A DNA stretch of 64,000 nt from an uncultured Chloroflexia bacterium (GTDB lineage: Bacteria; Chloroflexota; Limnocylindria; Limnocylindrales; CSP1-4). Within the stretch, counting starts at the first letter, position 1; each line of letters opens with the position of its first letter. Positions 21,787 to 31,581 of this stretch are shown here, piece by piece. The stretch is taken from NCBI GenBank assembly GCA_963707215.1, contig CAVPPB010000002.1, positions 64,001-128,000 of the forward strand, written 5' to 3'. The translations under genes and the position numbers were made by a program. The notes under the pieces are model-generated. The model had not been told where the DNA came from. It searched no databases and saw only the letters and a program-made list of their open reading frames with translations.

Positions 21787-22248
21787 CTAGCGGTCCAGCT
21801 CGGGGAAGAGGCTCCAGCCGGACGGCGGCGTGCCGACTGCCGCAGGTTCGGTGGCGCCATCGCGACCGCCGCTCGTCGCTCCTCCTGCCCGTGCCACGGC
21901 CGTTCGGGCGGTGCCGCGGTCCGCTGACTCGGTCAGGGACAGGGGGACGAACTCGCGGCGATTGCGAACGCCCGTTCGAGCCGGGCGTGGTCCCCCCGAC
22001 CCCTGGCCGGCCTCCCCGGCGTCGCCGGGGTCGCCGGTCGTCGCGGCGACCGCGGTCCAGCAGGGCCGGGTCTCGTGGCCTGTCAGCGGGCGGCGCCGAC
22101 GGTCGAGGCCGCAGTAGCCGAGCCCCGCAGCGACGGCCTGGCGGTAGTCGCGGCAGGTCGCGCAGCAGGTCGAGGAACGCCGACAGACCCAGCACCGATC
22201 GGCCTCGGGCTGGGGCGTGCCGCAGTGGGGGCACCGCCACATCGGCAT
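21787..22248 (-). CDS. Cys-rich zinc-ribbon-like hypothetical protein
   Basis: MPMWRCPHC..CWVC..CCATC..YC..C; TACCAT lies 6 nt upstream of the ATG. Confidence 0.72.
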   Translation of the reverse strand: MPMWRCPHCGTPQPEADRCWVCRRSSTCCATCRDYRQAVAAGLGYCGLDRRRRPLTGHETRPCWTAVAATTGDPGDAGEAGQGSGGPRPARTGVRNRREFVPLSLTESADRGTARTAVARAGGATSGGRDGATEPAAVGTPPSGWSLFPELDR

Positions 22249-22370
22249 GGCGGGATGGTAGCTGCGCTCACGGTGCCTGTCGAGGCGGACCGTGCGGCTG
22301 CGCCGAGCGCCGGCAGGCGGGCCACGGCCCGGCGCGTACTCCGACTCGGCCCGTCCCGCGACCCGCGCGT

Positions 22371-23579
22371 TCACTCGACGACCAGGATCCCCCGCTTGGC
22401 GGTGACCTCTCCGTCGAGCTCGGTGGTCACCAGGGCGGTGATCAGGCCGCTGCCGGTGGTCGCGCCCGTCGGGATGACCGTCCGGTATGACGCACTCCCG
22501 GAGTCGTCCGTGGTCAGCTCGCCGGGGACGATGGGCGGCAGCCCGGGCACCGTGAGGTTGAAGAGCACGGTCGCCCCGGCCAGCGGCCGGCCGTTCGGGT
22601 CGGTCACGGCGATCCGCACGGTCAAGGCCTGGGGGAGGGACTTGACCGAGATCCGGTAGTCCGACGCGGTGATGGTGGCGGCGAGCTCCCCCGAGCCCTG
22701 CAATACGCTCAGGACCGCGCTGCCGGCATTGCCCGCCGGGTCGGTGACGCTGATCGTGATGCCGTTGATGCCGGCGGCCAGCGGGACCGTGACGCTGAAC
22801 GAACCGTCACCCTCGGCGGTCGCCTGGGCCGTCGACCCGTTCGCCTCGTTGCGAGCGACGACCTCGCTCAGCTCCTGGGTGACGCCCAGGATCTCGACGA
22901 CGTCGCGATTGACGGTCGCTCCGTCGTCCGGGGACTGGATGGCGATCTCGGGGGGCGCGCTGTCGAGGACGTAGCTCACGACCGGCGACGGGTCGCTCTC
23001 GGTGCCGGGGGCGACGAGGGTCGCCGTGAAGTCGTTGACACCGTCGACGAGCGGGACGGCCGTGATCGTGAAGAGCGCCGTGGGCGGGACCGCCACCTCC
23101 TTGACCTCGCTCGGGGCCCCGCTGCCGACAGCCACGTAGAGCCGGACGGTGACGTCCGGGTCGCCGGCGAACTCGGCCGGGATGCTGCCGGTCAGGGTGA
23201 CCTGGGGCTGGTTCGTGTACGGGTTCGTCGGGGCATCGAGGATCGGGGCGACCAGGAACGGGAGCGGCGTCGGCTCCGGCTCGGGCGTTGCCGTGATCCG
23301 GCCGAAGAGGCCACCGAAGGCCCCGCCCAGGGCGTCTCCGGCCCAGCCCAGGCCGCCGCCGGCGAAGAGGACGACGGATGCGGCCAGGCCGACGACCGCG
23401 ATCGCGAGGAGGGCGCTCGCCGGGAGGGGCAGTCGACGTCCCCGTGCCGGCGCTCGGGCGGGGATCCGGCCGCTCGTCGAGCTGCGCTTGCGCTTGGAGG
23501 GGGCGGGGGACGGGGAGCGCCCGCCCGAGGGAGGTCTCGGCCGGACCTGCGAGGGGCGGGTCTGGCGCCGGTTCGACAC
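22371..23579 (-). CDS. membrane-anchored protein with bacterial Ig-like domains
   Basis: Basic N-terminus, TM helix, beta-rich repeats (LVDGVNDFTA, DSAPPEIAIQSPDDG, GINGITISVTDPAGN). Confidence 0.75.
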   Translation of the reverse strand: MSNRRQTRPSQVRPRPPSGGRSPSPAPSKRKRSSTSGRIPARAPARGRRLPLPASALLAIAVVGLAASVVLFAGGGLGWAGDALGGAFGGLFGRITATPEPEPTPLPFLVAPILDAPTNPYTNQPQVTLTGSIPAEFAGDPDVTVRLYVAVGSGAPSEVKEVAVPPTALFTITAVPLVDGVNDFTATLVAPGTESDPSPVVSYVLDSAPPEIAIQSPDDGATVNRDVVEILGVTQELSEVVARNEANGSTAQATAEGDGSFSVTVPLAAGINGITISVTDPAGNAGSAVLSVLQGSGELAATITASDYRISVKSLPQALTVRIAVTDPNGRPLAGATVLFNLTVPGLPPIVPGELTTDDSGSASYRTVIPTGATTGSGLITALVTTELDGEVTAKRGILVVE

Positions 23580-23715
23580 GCGCCGGATTGTCGCATGTCC
23601 CCGTCGGCCCGGCCTGTCCCGCGACCCGGGGCCGCCCCGATGGTCCTTGCCGCTCGTAGTACTCTGGCGGCCGAGCGCGCCGTCTGTCCCTGCGCGCGCA
23701 CGACCGAGGAGAGCG

Positions 23716-24141
23716 GTGGAGCGCCGAGACCCCGGCGACCGGATGCGTCGCGCGTCCGCGAGCGAGTCGGACGACGTCGCCCGCAAGCGCGGTGGCGTGC
23801 GCCCGGCCTCGCGTCCACCCGCCTTCGGCCATGGGCCGATCGCTCGGATGGCGACCGCGACCCGGGAGCCCGACCAGCCGGCCATGCCGGTCCGGCCCGC
23901 CTTCGGGCTGCCCAACCTCAGGCGCAACGTCTGCCCGCACTTCTACATGACCGGTGCCCGGGGGGCGATCCCCATCCAGGCCCCCCACCTCCTCAAGGCG
24001 CTGGTCCGCCAGGACCGCAACGTCTCTCGCTGCCAGCTCCGGGGCGGCGTCCACTTGGAGCAGGGCTACGTCAACGACGTCTGCCTCTCGCCGCGCTTCA
24101 ACCAGTGCGTCTTCTACGAGGACGACCTCACCGGCGATTGA
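23716..24141 (+). CDS. small protein with a 4-Cys C-terminal domain
   Basis: AGGAG RBS before GTG 23716 (start uncertain); CPHF...RC...CLSPRFNQCVFY; high GC3 in the 3' half. Confidence 0.65.
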   Translation: MERRDPGDRMRRASASESDDVARKRGGVRPASRPPAFGHGPIARMATATREPDQPAMPVRPAFGLPNLRRNVCPHFYMTGARGAIPIQAPHLLKALVRQDRNVSRCQLRGGVHLEQGYVNDVCLSPRFNQCVFYEDDLTGD

Positions 24142-24178
24142 CCGTGCTCCCACCACGACACGGATCCGTGCCGACGCC

Positions 24179-25540
24179 ATGACCCTCTCCTACCCGGAGG
24201 CCCTTGAGGCACTCGCCGAACGCGGTCGCTTCGGCATCCGCCTCGGCCTTGGTCGGACCCGTGCGTTGCTCCGTGAGCTGGGATCGCCGGAAGCCGCGGT
24301 CCGGGGTGCCCTCATCGCCGGTACCAATGGCAAGGGCAGCGTCCTGGCCCTCTGCGACGCGGCCCTTCGGGCGGCCGGCCACCGGGTCGGGGCGACCCCC
24401 AAGCCTCACCTCGTCTCGTACCGGGAGCGGCTCCAGGTGGATGGCGTCCCGGTCGATCCAGCGACCTTCGCCCGCCTCGTCGGGGAGGTCCTGCCGATCG
24501 CCGAGCGGGTCGCCCGCCGGCACGGCCCGCCGACCGAGTTCGAGCTCCTGACGGCGATGGTCTTCCGCTGGTTCGCGGAGATGGGCGTCGAGATCGCCAT
24601 CGTGGAGGTCGGCCTGGGCGGGCGCCTCGACGCGACCCACGCCTGGGATGGCGGGGTCGCCGTGGTGACGAACGTGGAGCTCGACCACACGGATCGACTC
24701 GGCGCGACGATCGCGGCCATCGCCCGCGAGAAGGCGGCCATCATCGAGCGCGGCAACCTGGCGGTGACGGGCGCCGAGGGCGATGCCCTGGCCGTCGTCC
24801 GGCGGCGCGCCGCTCGCCTTGGCGTGCCGCTCGAGGTCGTCCGTCCGGCTCCGGTCCTGGCCCATGACGTCGACGGCCTGCTCGTCGAGCTCGGCTCGCT
24901 CGGGGCCGCGCGGGTCGGCCTGCTGGGTCGCCACCAGGCCGCCAACGTCGCCGTCGCCGACGCGACCCTCGACGCGCTCGCCGCCGCCGGCATCGCCGAC
25001 ACCCCGCCCGCGGCACGGCGAGCCGGCTTCTCCGACGCCCGCTGGCCAGGGCGCCTCGAACTCATCGAGGTCGTCGGGCCGGACGGTCCGCGTCGGATCC
25101 TGCTCGACGGTGCCCACAATCCGTCCGGCGCTCGGGCCCTCGCTGCGGCTCTCGAGGATCTCGGCCCGTCGCTCGCGTTCGGCCGCCCCCCCGTATCGCC
25201 GACGCTGCTCATCGGCTCGATGGCCGACAAGGACGTCGCTGGCATGGCGGCCGCCCTCGCGACGTCCCCGGCCCTCCGGGGCGCCCTGGTCGTCGCCACG
25301 AGGCCGAGTGGTCCGCGCGCCTTGGCACCCGCCGACCTCGCTGCGGGCTGGGCCCGCCTCGACCCCACCGCCCTGATCGAGATCATCGAGGACCCGGGAG
25401 CGGCCCTCGACCGCGCCCTGGCTCTGGCGCCCGGGCCCGTCGTCGTGGCAGGCTCCCTCTACCTCGTCGGCGAGATCCGCGGCCGGCTCGTCGACGGACC
25501 GATCGAGCCCGATCCGGCCATCGCTGGGAGCCCGGCATGA
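24179..25540 (+). CDS. folC: dihydrofolate synthase/folylpolyglutamate synthase
   Basis: IAGTNGKGS, PHLVSYRER, TEFE, VEVGLGGRLDAT, DH, WPGRLE, LDGAHN, GSLYLVG. Confidence 0.95.
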   Translation: MTLSYPEALEALAERGRFGIRLGLGRTRALLRELGSPEAAVRGALIAGTNGKGSVLALCDAALRAAGHRVGATPKPHLVSYRERLQVDGVPVDPATFARLVGEVLPIAERVARRHGPPTEFELLTAMVFRWFAEMGVEIAIVEVGLGGRLDATHAWDGGVAVVTNVELDHTDRLGATIAAIAREKAAIIERGNLAVTGAEGDALAVVRRRAARLGVPLEVVRPAPVLAHDVDGLLVELGSLGAARVGLLGRHQAANVAVADATLDALAAAGIADTPPAARRAGFSDARWPGRLELIEVVGPDGPRRILLDGAHNPSGARALAAALEDLGPSLAFGRPPVSPTLLIGSMADKDVAGMAAALATSPALRGALVVATRPSGPRALAPADLAAGWARLDPTALIEIIEDPGAALDRALALAPGPVVVAGSLYLVGEIRGRLVDGPIEPDPAIAGSPA

Positions 25541-26574
25541 CCAAGGGACCCGAGCAGCCCCGCCCCTCGGCCGACGCCGCCGACGCCGCCGACACGGTCG
25601 CTGCTGATCGGCCGGCCTCCGGTGTGGTGAGCGCGCGGCCCGATCTCGGCGGCGGCGCGGCCACGCCATCCTTCGCCCTGCCCGCCGGGGCGCTCCCGGG
25701 CCTGCCCGGGCAGGCGGCCCCGACCGCCGTCGGACGCCGCTCGTTCGAATGGGGCAGCCGGACGTACGTCATGGGCATCCTCAACGTCACGCCCGACTCG
25801 TTCTCCGGCGACGGCCTGCTCGGCGAGGACGGCCAGCCCGTTGCCGCGGCTCGGACCCTCGCCGACCGGATGGCGGCCGACGGGGCGGACATCATCGACG
25901 TCGGCGGCGAGTCGACGCGGCCCGGCCACGCCCCGGTCGATGCGCAAGCCGAGGCCGCCCGGGTGGTACCCGTCATCCGGGCCGTGCGGGCGAGCCTGCC
26001 CGACCTGCCGATCTCGGTCGACACGACCAAGGCGTCCGTGGCCGAAGCAGCGATCGACGCGGGCGCCGACCTGGTCAACGACGTGGCCGCGACGTCCCCT
26101 TCCACCGAGCTGCTGCGGGTCGCCGCCGAGCGCCAGGTCCCGGTCGTGCTCATGCACGATCGGTCCGAGGCACGCTACGTCAACATGGTCGCCGAGGTCG
26201 TCTCCGACCTGGAGCGAGCCATCGAGCGGGCCCTGTATGCGGGGGTCGCCTGGGAGCGGATCCTGGTCGACCCCGGCTTCGGATTCGGCAAGACCCCGGC
26301 CCAGAACCTCGTGCTGCTCCGGGAGCTGCCCCTCCTGCGGGTGCTGCGACGACCCCTCGTCCTCGGGACCTCGCGCAAGTCGACGCTGGGCAAGATCCTG
26401 GACCTGCCGCCCGAGGACCGCCTTGAGGCGACCCTCGCCACCACGGCACTGGCGGTCGCCGCCGGCGTCGACCTCGTCCGGGTCCATGAAGTCGGCCCGA
26501 ACGTCCGGGTCGCCCGGGTCGCCGACGCGATCGTCCGGGGCGGCCACCCGCTCGAGACGGAGGGAAGTCGCTGA
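25537..26574 (+). CDS. folP: dihydropteroate synthase
   Basis: MGILNVTPDSFSGDG, DVGGESTRPG, SVDT, DPGFGFGK, GTSRKS, RVHEV. Confidence 0.96.
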   Translation: MTKGPEQPRPSADAADAADTVAADRPASGVVSARPDLGGGAATPSFALPAGALPGLPGQAAPTAVGRRSFEWGSRTYVMGILNVTPDSFSGDGLLGEDGQPVAAARTLADRMAADGADIIDVGGESTRPGHAPVDAQAEAARVVPVIRAVRASLPDLPISVDTTKASVAEAAIDAGADLVNDVAATSPSTELLRVAAERQVPVVLMHDRSEARYVNMVAEVVSDLERAIERALYAGVAWERILVDPGFGFGKTPAQNLVLLRELPLLRVLRRPLVLGTSRKSTLGKILDLPPEDRLEATLATTALAVAAGVDLVRVHEVGPNVRVARVADAIVRGGHPLETEGSR

Positions 26575-26948
26575 TGGACCGGGTCTTCGTGCGGGGGATC
26601 CTCGTGGACGGCCACCACGGGTCGGAGGCTGCCGAGCGCGCCGAGGCGCAGCCCTTCGCGGTCGACGTGGAGCTCGCGCTCGACCTCGGGCCGGCCGGCC
26701 GCTCGGACGATCTCGAGCGGACCGCCGACTACGCGGCCATCGATCGCGAGGTGCGGCGGGTCGTGGCGACGACCAGCTTCCGGCTCCTCGAAGCCCTGGC
26801 CGAGGCGATCGCCGGCGCTCTCCTGGCCGGCTTCCCGGCCGACGAGGTCGCTGTCCGGATCGCCAAGCCGGCGGTCCGCCTGGACGGTCCGTTCGGGTCC
26901 GCCGGTGTCGAGATCCGACGGGCCAGGAGACGGGACGTGGACGCCTAG
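26574..26948 (+). CDS. folB: dihydroneopterin aldolase
   Basis: MDRVFVRG..GHHG..ER..Q.F.VD, DDLERTADY, LLEALAE, KP. Confidence 0.92.
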   Translation: MDRVFVRGILVDGHHGSEAAERAEAQPFAVDVELALDLGPAGRSDDLERTADYAAIDREVRRVVATTSFRLLEALAEAIAGALLAGFPADEVAVRIAKPAVRLDGPFGSAGVEIRRARRRDVDA

Positions 26949-28345
26949 AGGTCCGCCGGCCTGGTCCCGAGGACGAGGGGCACGGTCACCTCCTCGCCGC
27001 CACGGATCACGACCATGTCGACCGTCTCCCCCGGGGAGAACTGGCTGACGACCGCATCAAGCGGGTGATCGCGGTCGAGGGTGATCCCGCCGACGGTGAC
27101 GATGATGTCGCCGGGCTCGATCCCGGCCTGGTCGGCGGGCCCGCCGGGCACGACCCCGTAGACTGTCCCGCCGTTCGGATTCTCGGTGTCCTCGGCGACG
27201 AGCGCCCCGTCCTGGACATCGAGCCCATCGCGCTCGACGACCCGAAGGTCGATCGTCTCGAAGCGGACCCCGATGTAGGGGCGGGCGAGGGATTCGCCGG
27301 CGACCGCCTGGCGCATGATCGGCTTGGCCAGGTCGATCGGGATGGCGAAGCCGATGCCCTCGGCCGAGGTGGCGATGGCGGTGTTGATGCCGATGACGTT
27401 GCCGCCGGCGTCGAGGAGCGGCCCGCCGCTGTTGCCGGGGTTGATGGCGGTATCGGTCTGGAGGAGGTTGTTGAGCTGCCCGCCGTCCACCTGGATCTGC
27501 CGGCCGCTGGCTGAAAGGATCCCGGCAGTGACCGAGTTGCTATAGGTGCCCAGCGGGCTGCCGATGGCGATCGTGAGCTGCCCGACCTTGAGCTCGTCCG
27601 ACTCCCCGAGCGGGACCGTCGGCAGGCCGTCGGCCTCGATCTTCACGATGGCGAGGTCGGTCAGGGTGTCGATGCCGTAGATCGTCCCCTCGAACTGGCG
27701 GCCATCGGCCAGCTCGACGGTGAGGGCGTCACTGCCCTCGACGACGTGACGGTTCGTGAGGATCCAGCCGGCGGGGTCGTAGACGAAGCCTGAGCCGACG
27801 CCCTGCGCCGGGATGGAGAGCGGGTCGGTGATGACCGCACCGGTCGTAGAGGAGATCCGGACGACGGCCGGACCGGCGCTGGCCGCGACGTCGATGACCG
27901 CCGAGGACTCGTCGATCGCCACGGGCTGCCGGGTGGCGGCTGGCTCCGCGGACGGGGCGGCGATCGTCGGCGCCGGAGCCTGGAGCGTACCGGTCGCCTG
28001 CAGGGCGATGACCGTCCCGCCGGATGCGAGGACGGCGGAGATGAGCGCCGCGGCCAGGACGGTCCCGACGCCGGCTCCCCGGCCGTTGCCGCGGGGCGGC
28101 GCGATGGGCGCGGTCGTCGGCTTGGGATCGAACCACGAAGGCTCCGGCGGAGCCTGGTAGGTGGGGCGAGCCCAATCCGGCCTCGGCGCCGGGTCGGGCG
28201 AGTAGCGGCCGGTGGGCGCCGGGGCCCATGGGACCTCCGGCGAGGCCGGGGTGGCGGGACTTGGATCGATCCCCGGCGCAGCGCTCGACTCGGTGTTCGC
28301 GTCGCCCGGTTCCGGGTTCGGCTGGGGGGCGGATGGGTCGGTCAT
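26945..28345 (-). CDS. htrA: HtrA/DegP-family serine protease with PDZ domain
   Basis: GSGF, TNRHVV, DLA, QTDTAINPGNSGGPL, C-terminal PDZ; N-terminal TM. Confidence 0.93.
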   Translation of the reverse strand: MTDPSAPQPNPEPGDANTESSAAPGIDPSPATPASPEVPWAPAPTGRYSPDPAPRPDWARPTYQAPPEPSWFDPKPTTAPIAPPRGNGRGAGVGTVLAAALISAVLASGGTVIALQATGTLQAPAPTIAAPSAEPAATRQPVAIDESSAVIDVAASAGPAVVRISSTTGAVITDPLSIPAQGVGSGFVYDPAGWILTNRHVVEGSDALTVELADGRQFEGTIYGIDTLTDLAIVKIEADGLPTVPLGESDELKVGQLTIAIGSPLGTYSNSVTAGILSASGRQIQVDGGQLNNLLQTDTAINPGNSGGPLLDAGGNVIGINTAIATSAEGIGFAIPIDLAKPIMRQAVAGESLARPYIGVRFETIDLRVVERDGLDVQDGALVAEDTENPNGGTVYGVVPGGPADQAGIEPGDIIVTVGGITLDRDHPLDAVVSQFSPGETVDMVVIRGGEEVTVPLVLGTRPADL

Positions 28346-29955
28346 GAGGGAGGCAGGTCCGATGCTGCTGATGTCGTCGTCGGGTCCGGGTCTGCCCCGA
28401 TCCCTGCCCCGATGGTGCCCGATGATCCGTTCAGGGGCGGCCCATCTGCAGGTGAAGTCTTCTGAACCTCGGAACCGACCGCTCCCGGAGGCTGGTCCGC
28501 CCTGGGGACGGCGCGAGGATCGCGGGGCAGGATCACGGAGAACACCGACCCTTCGCCGGGGCGACTCTCCACGGCCAGCCGGCCGCCGTGCATGTCCACG
28601 ATCGACTTGACGATGGCCAGGCCGAGGCCGCTCCCGGCGCTGCGGGCGTCAGCGGCCCCGGTCCCACGGTAGAACCGCTCGAAGATGTGGGGGAGCTCGT
28701 CCGGAGCGATGCCGATGCCGGTGTCGCGAACCTCGATGCACGCCCCGTCGGGCACGGACCGAAGGCTGACCACGACCTCCCCGCCGGTCGCGGTGAACTT
28801 CACGGCGTTGCCGACGAGGTTCGAGACGATCTGGCCGACCCGGTGCGCGTCGTGGTGGACCCGGACCGGCTGGTCGGGCACCCGGATGTCGAGCCGGACG
28901 CCGCGGCGCTCGGCGGCAGCGCCGACCTGCTCCGCGCCCGATTCCACCGCCGCTCGCAGATCGTCGGGGCGGAGCTCCAGCAGGACGAGCCCGGAGTCGA
29001 GCTTGGAGAGCTCGAGCAGGTTCTGGGCCAGCCAGTCGAGACGGGAGAGCTGCTGGGCGCCGGACGCCAGGAACTCCGCCCGCGTCGCCGGGTCGTCGCC
29101 GGCCCGGCCCTGGAGCAGCTCGATGAAGGTCCGCAGCGCGGCGATGGGGGTCCGCAGCTCGTGCGATACGTCGGCCAGGAACTCCCGGCTCCGATCGCGG
29201 TCCTCGCGGATGATCTCCATGCTCTCCTCGAGTCGCCCGGCCATCTTGTTGAACTGGCGCGACAGCTCGCCGATCTCGGCGCTGCCAGCCGATGCCTCCG
29301 CCTGCGAGACCCGGCGCGAGAGGTCGCCCTGGGCCATCCTCCGGGACGCTTCCGTGAGGCGGCGGAGCGGCGTCGCGAAGCGACCGGCGAGGAAGGCCGC
29401 CACCACGACCGAGGCGGCGAGGCCGATCGCCCCGATGACCAGGAAGAGCGCCGAGACGTTCGCGACCGTCGATGCACGGAACGTGTACGGGTCCGAAAGG
29501 GTGACCCTCAGGCCGTACTCGAAGCCCCCTTCGTTCGACAGGCGATAGGACTCGGTGTGGCTGAGGTCCTCGCGGGTCTGGCCGGCCTGGGCTTCGCGGG
29601 TCAGCTCCCCGCTGAAGGTCCCGTTCGCCGCCCCGTCCACGCCGACGTCCCCGTCCCCGTCGAGGAAGATCTGCCCGACGACGATCTCGACATCGGCGAG
29701 GGCGATCTGGTCGGCCAGCAAGGTCTGCAGGAAGGGGCCCCAGTCGAGGGCGGCAGCCACCTCGGGGCTGACGACGTTGCTCGCCGACACGACCGGGTTC
29801 CGCCCACTGGCCAGGTCGACCCGGACGTCCACGATCGCCGCCACGTTGTCCGCCCGGTTCGCCAGACTGGTGCGCTCCTGCTGGAGGAAGAAGTCGTCCA
29901 GGCGGTTGAGGACGAGGCCAGCGACGAGGGCGAGGGTGAGGGTCGTGACGCCCAC
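28342..29955 (-). CDS. HAMP-domain sensor histidine kinase (start uncertain; frame is open about 100 bp further upstream)
   Basis: HAMP, DVSHELRTP, NLVGNAVKF, DTGIG, FERFYR, GSGLGL. Confidence 0.92.
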   Translation of the reverse strand: MGVTTLTLALVAGLVLNRLDDFFLQQERTSLANRADNVAAIVDVRVDLASGRNPVVSASNVVSPEVAAALDWGPFLQTLLADQIALADVEIVVGQIFLDGDGDVGVDGAANGTFSGELTREAQAGQTREDLSHTESYRLSNEGGFEYGLRVTLSDPYTFRASTVANVSALFLVIGAIGLAASVVVAAFLAGRFATPLRRLTEASRRMAQGDLSRRVSQAEASAGSAEIGELSRQFNKMAGRLEESMEIIREDRDRSREFLADVSHELRTPIAALRTFIELLQGRAGDDPATRAEFLASGAQQLSRLDWLAQNLLELSKLDSGLVLLELRPDDLRAAVESGAEQVGAAAERRGVRLDIRVPDQPVRVHHDAHRVGQIVSNLVGNAVKFTATGGEVVVSLRSVPDGACIEVRDTGIGIAPDELPHIFERFYRGTGAADARSAGSGLGLAIVKSIVDMHGGRLAVESRPGEGSVFSVILPRDPRAVPRADQPPGAVGSEVQKTSPADGPPLNGSSGTIGAGIGADPDPTTTSAASDLPPS

Positions 29956-30046
29956 GAAGCCGAGGGTCAGACGACCCTGGAAGGTCCGCGGCAGGGCCCG
30001 TCCGATGAAGCGCGGACCCCGGCGCTGCCCGGGAGCCGGTCCAGGC

Positions 30047-30745
30047 TCAGCGCTCGGCGAACGCGTAGCCCGCTCCCCGGACGGTCAGCACGAACTCGGG
30101 CTGCGAGGGATCGTCCTCGACCTTGTCGCGCAGGTGGCTGACGTGGACGTTGATGGTCTTCTCGTCCTGGTCGAGCGCCTCATAGTCGCGGAGGAGCTCG
30201 AGCAACTCGCGGCGGCTGAAGACGCGGCCGGGCCGGCTCGCCAGGTGGCGCAGGATCTCGAACTCGGTGGTCGTGAGGGAGATGCGCCGGGACCCACGGG
30301 CGACGCGTCGCCGTTCGAGGTCGATGATCAGGTCGCGATGACGGATGACGCGACCGCCGGAGGCGTCCGCGAGGTCACCGTAGGCACGCCGAAGGAGAGC
30401 CCGGATGCGGCTCAGCAACTCGCGCAGGGAGAACGGCTTGGTCAGGTAGTCGTCGGCCCCCAGCTCGAGGCCGACGACCTTGTCGAGCTCGTCGTCTCGG
30501 GCGGTCAGCATGAGGACCGGCGCCTTCGACCCGGAGGCCCGCAGCCTGCGGAGGACCTCGAAGCCGTCCATGTCCGGCAGCCGGACGTCGAGCACGACGA
30601 GGTCTGGCGCCTGGCTGGTGGCGAGCTCGAGGCCGTCGGGCCCGCTGCCGGCGACCGCGACGTCGTAGCCCTCCTGTTGGAGGGCGAACTGGATGCCGCG
30701 AGCGACGGGCGCCTCGTCTTCGACGATCAGGATGGTGGCCGCCAT
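30047..30745 (-). CDS. OmpR/PhoB-family response regulator
   Basis: ILIVEDE, DLVVLD, GADDYLTKPF, wHTH LTTTEFEIL..TVRGAGY. Confidence 0.95.
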   Translation of the reverse strand: MAATILIVEDEAPVARGIQFALQQEGYDVAVAGSGPDGLELATSQAPDLVVLDVRLPDMDGFEVLRRLRASGSKAPVLMLTARDDELDKVVGLELGADDYLTKPFSLRELLSRIRALLRRAYGDLADASGGRVIRHRDLIIDLERRRVARGSRRISLTTTEFEILRHLASRPGRVFSRRELLELLRDYEALDQDEKTINVHVSHLRDKVEDDPSQPEFVLTVRGAGYAFAER

Positions 30746-30900
30746 GGCGCGCCGATGATACCCGGGTCCTGCGGGGAAGACCTCGTGCTGTGCTACCCTC
30801 TACGCTCCCGACGACCCGGCGTTCCCGGGCGCCCCCGCGCCGTGCAGCGCGCCCATCCAGCCGAACACCACTACGCCGCCCCAACCGAAGGATCGCCCCG

Positions 30901-31578
30901 ATGACCACCGACCGCCCAACTCTCGCCGCCGACAGCCGTGAGATCACGGGCAAGGCCGTCGCCCACCTGCGTCGCGACGGCAAGCTCCCGGCCGTCGTCT
31001 ACGGCCACGGCGTCGACTCGGCGTCGCTCACCGTCGACGCTCACGACTTCGACCTGCTGCGCCGCAGGGTCAGCGCCAACGCCATCGTCGACCTCTCGAT
31101 CGACGGCAAGAAGTCCACGCCCGTGCTGATCCATCAGGTCCAGGTCCATCCGGTGACCCGGCGACCACTCCACGTCGATCTGTTGCAGATCAAGATGACC
31201 GTGGAGCTGACGGTCGACGTGCCCGTCGTGGCGGTCGGAGAGGCTCCTGCGGTCGAGCTTGGGGGGACCTACCTCCAGATGCTCGACACCGTTCGCATGA
31301 GGGCGCTGCCGGACCACATCCCCCAGCAGCTCCAGTTGGCGGTCGAGTCCCTCGAGGATTTCGATGCCGTGCTCCACGTCCGCGACCTCGAGATCCCGGC
31401 TGATGCCACCCTGCTGACCGACCCGGACGAGGTCCTGGCCAAGGTCATGCCGCCGCGCGTCGAAGCCGCCCCGATCGAAGAGGGCCTCGAGGAGGGCGAG
31501 GCCGCCGAGGGCGAGGCCGCCGAGGGCGAAGCCGGCGCCGAGGGCGAGTCCGGCTCGAGCGAAGCCGCCGAGGCCTGA
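30901..31578 (+). CDS. rplY: 50S ribosomal protein L25/Ctc (long form)
   Basis: LRRDGKLPAVVYGHG, QVHPV..PLHVD, C-terminal TL5 domain and acidic tail. Confidence 0.95.
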   Translation: MTTDRPTLAADSREITGKAVAHLRRDGKLPAVVYGHGVDSASLTVDAHDFDLLRRRVSANAIVDLSIDGKKSTPVLIHQVQVHPVTRRPLHVDLLQIKMTVELTVDVPVVAVGEAPAVELGGTYLQMLDTVRMRALPDHIPQQLQLAVESLEDFDAVLHVRDLEIPADATLLTDPDEVLAKVMPPRVEAAPIEEGLEEGEAAEGEAAEGEAGAEGESGSSEAAEA

Positions 31579-31581
31579 TCC

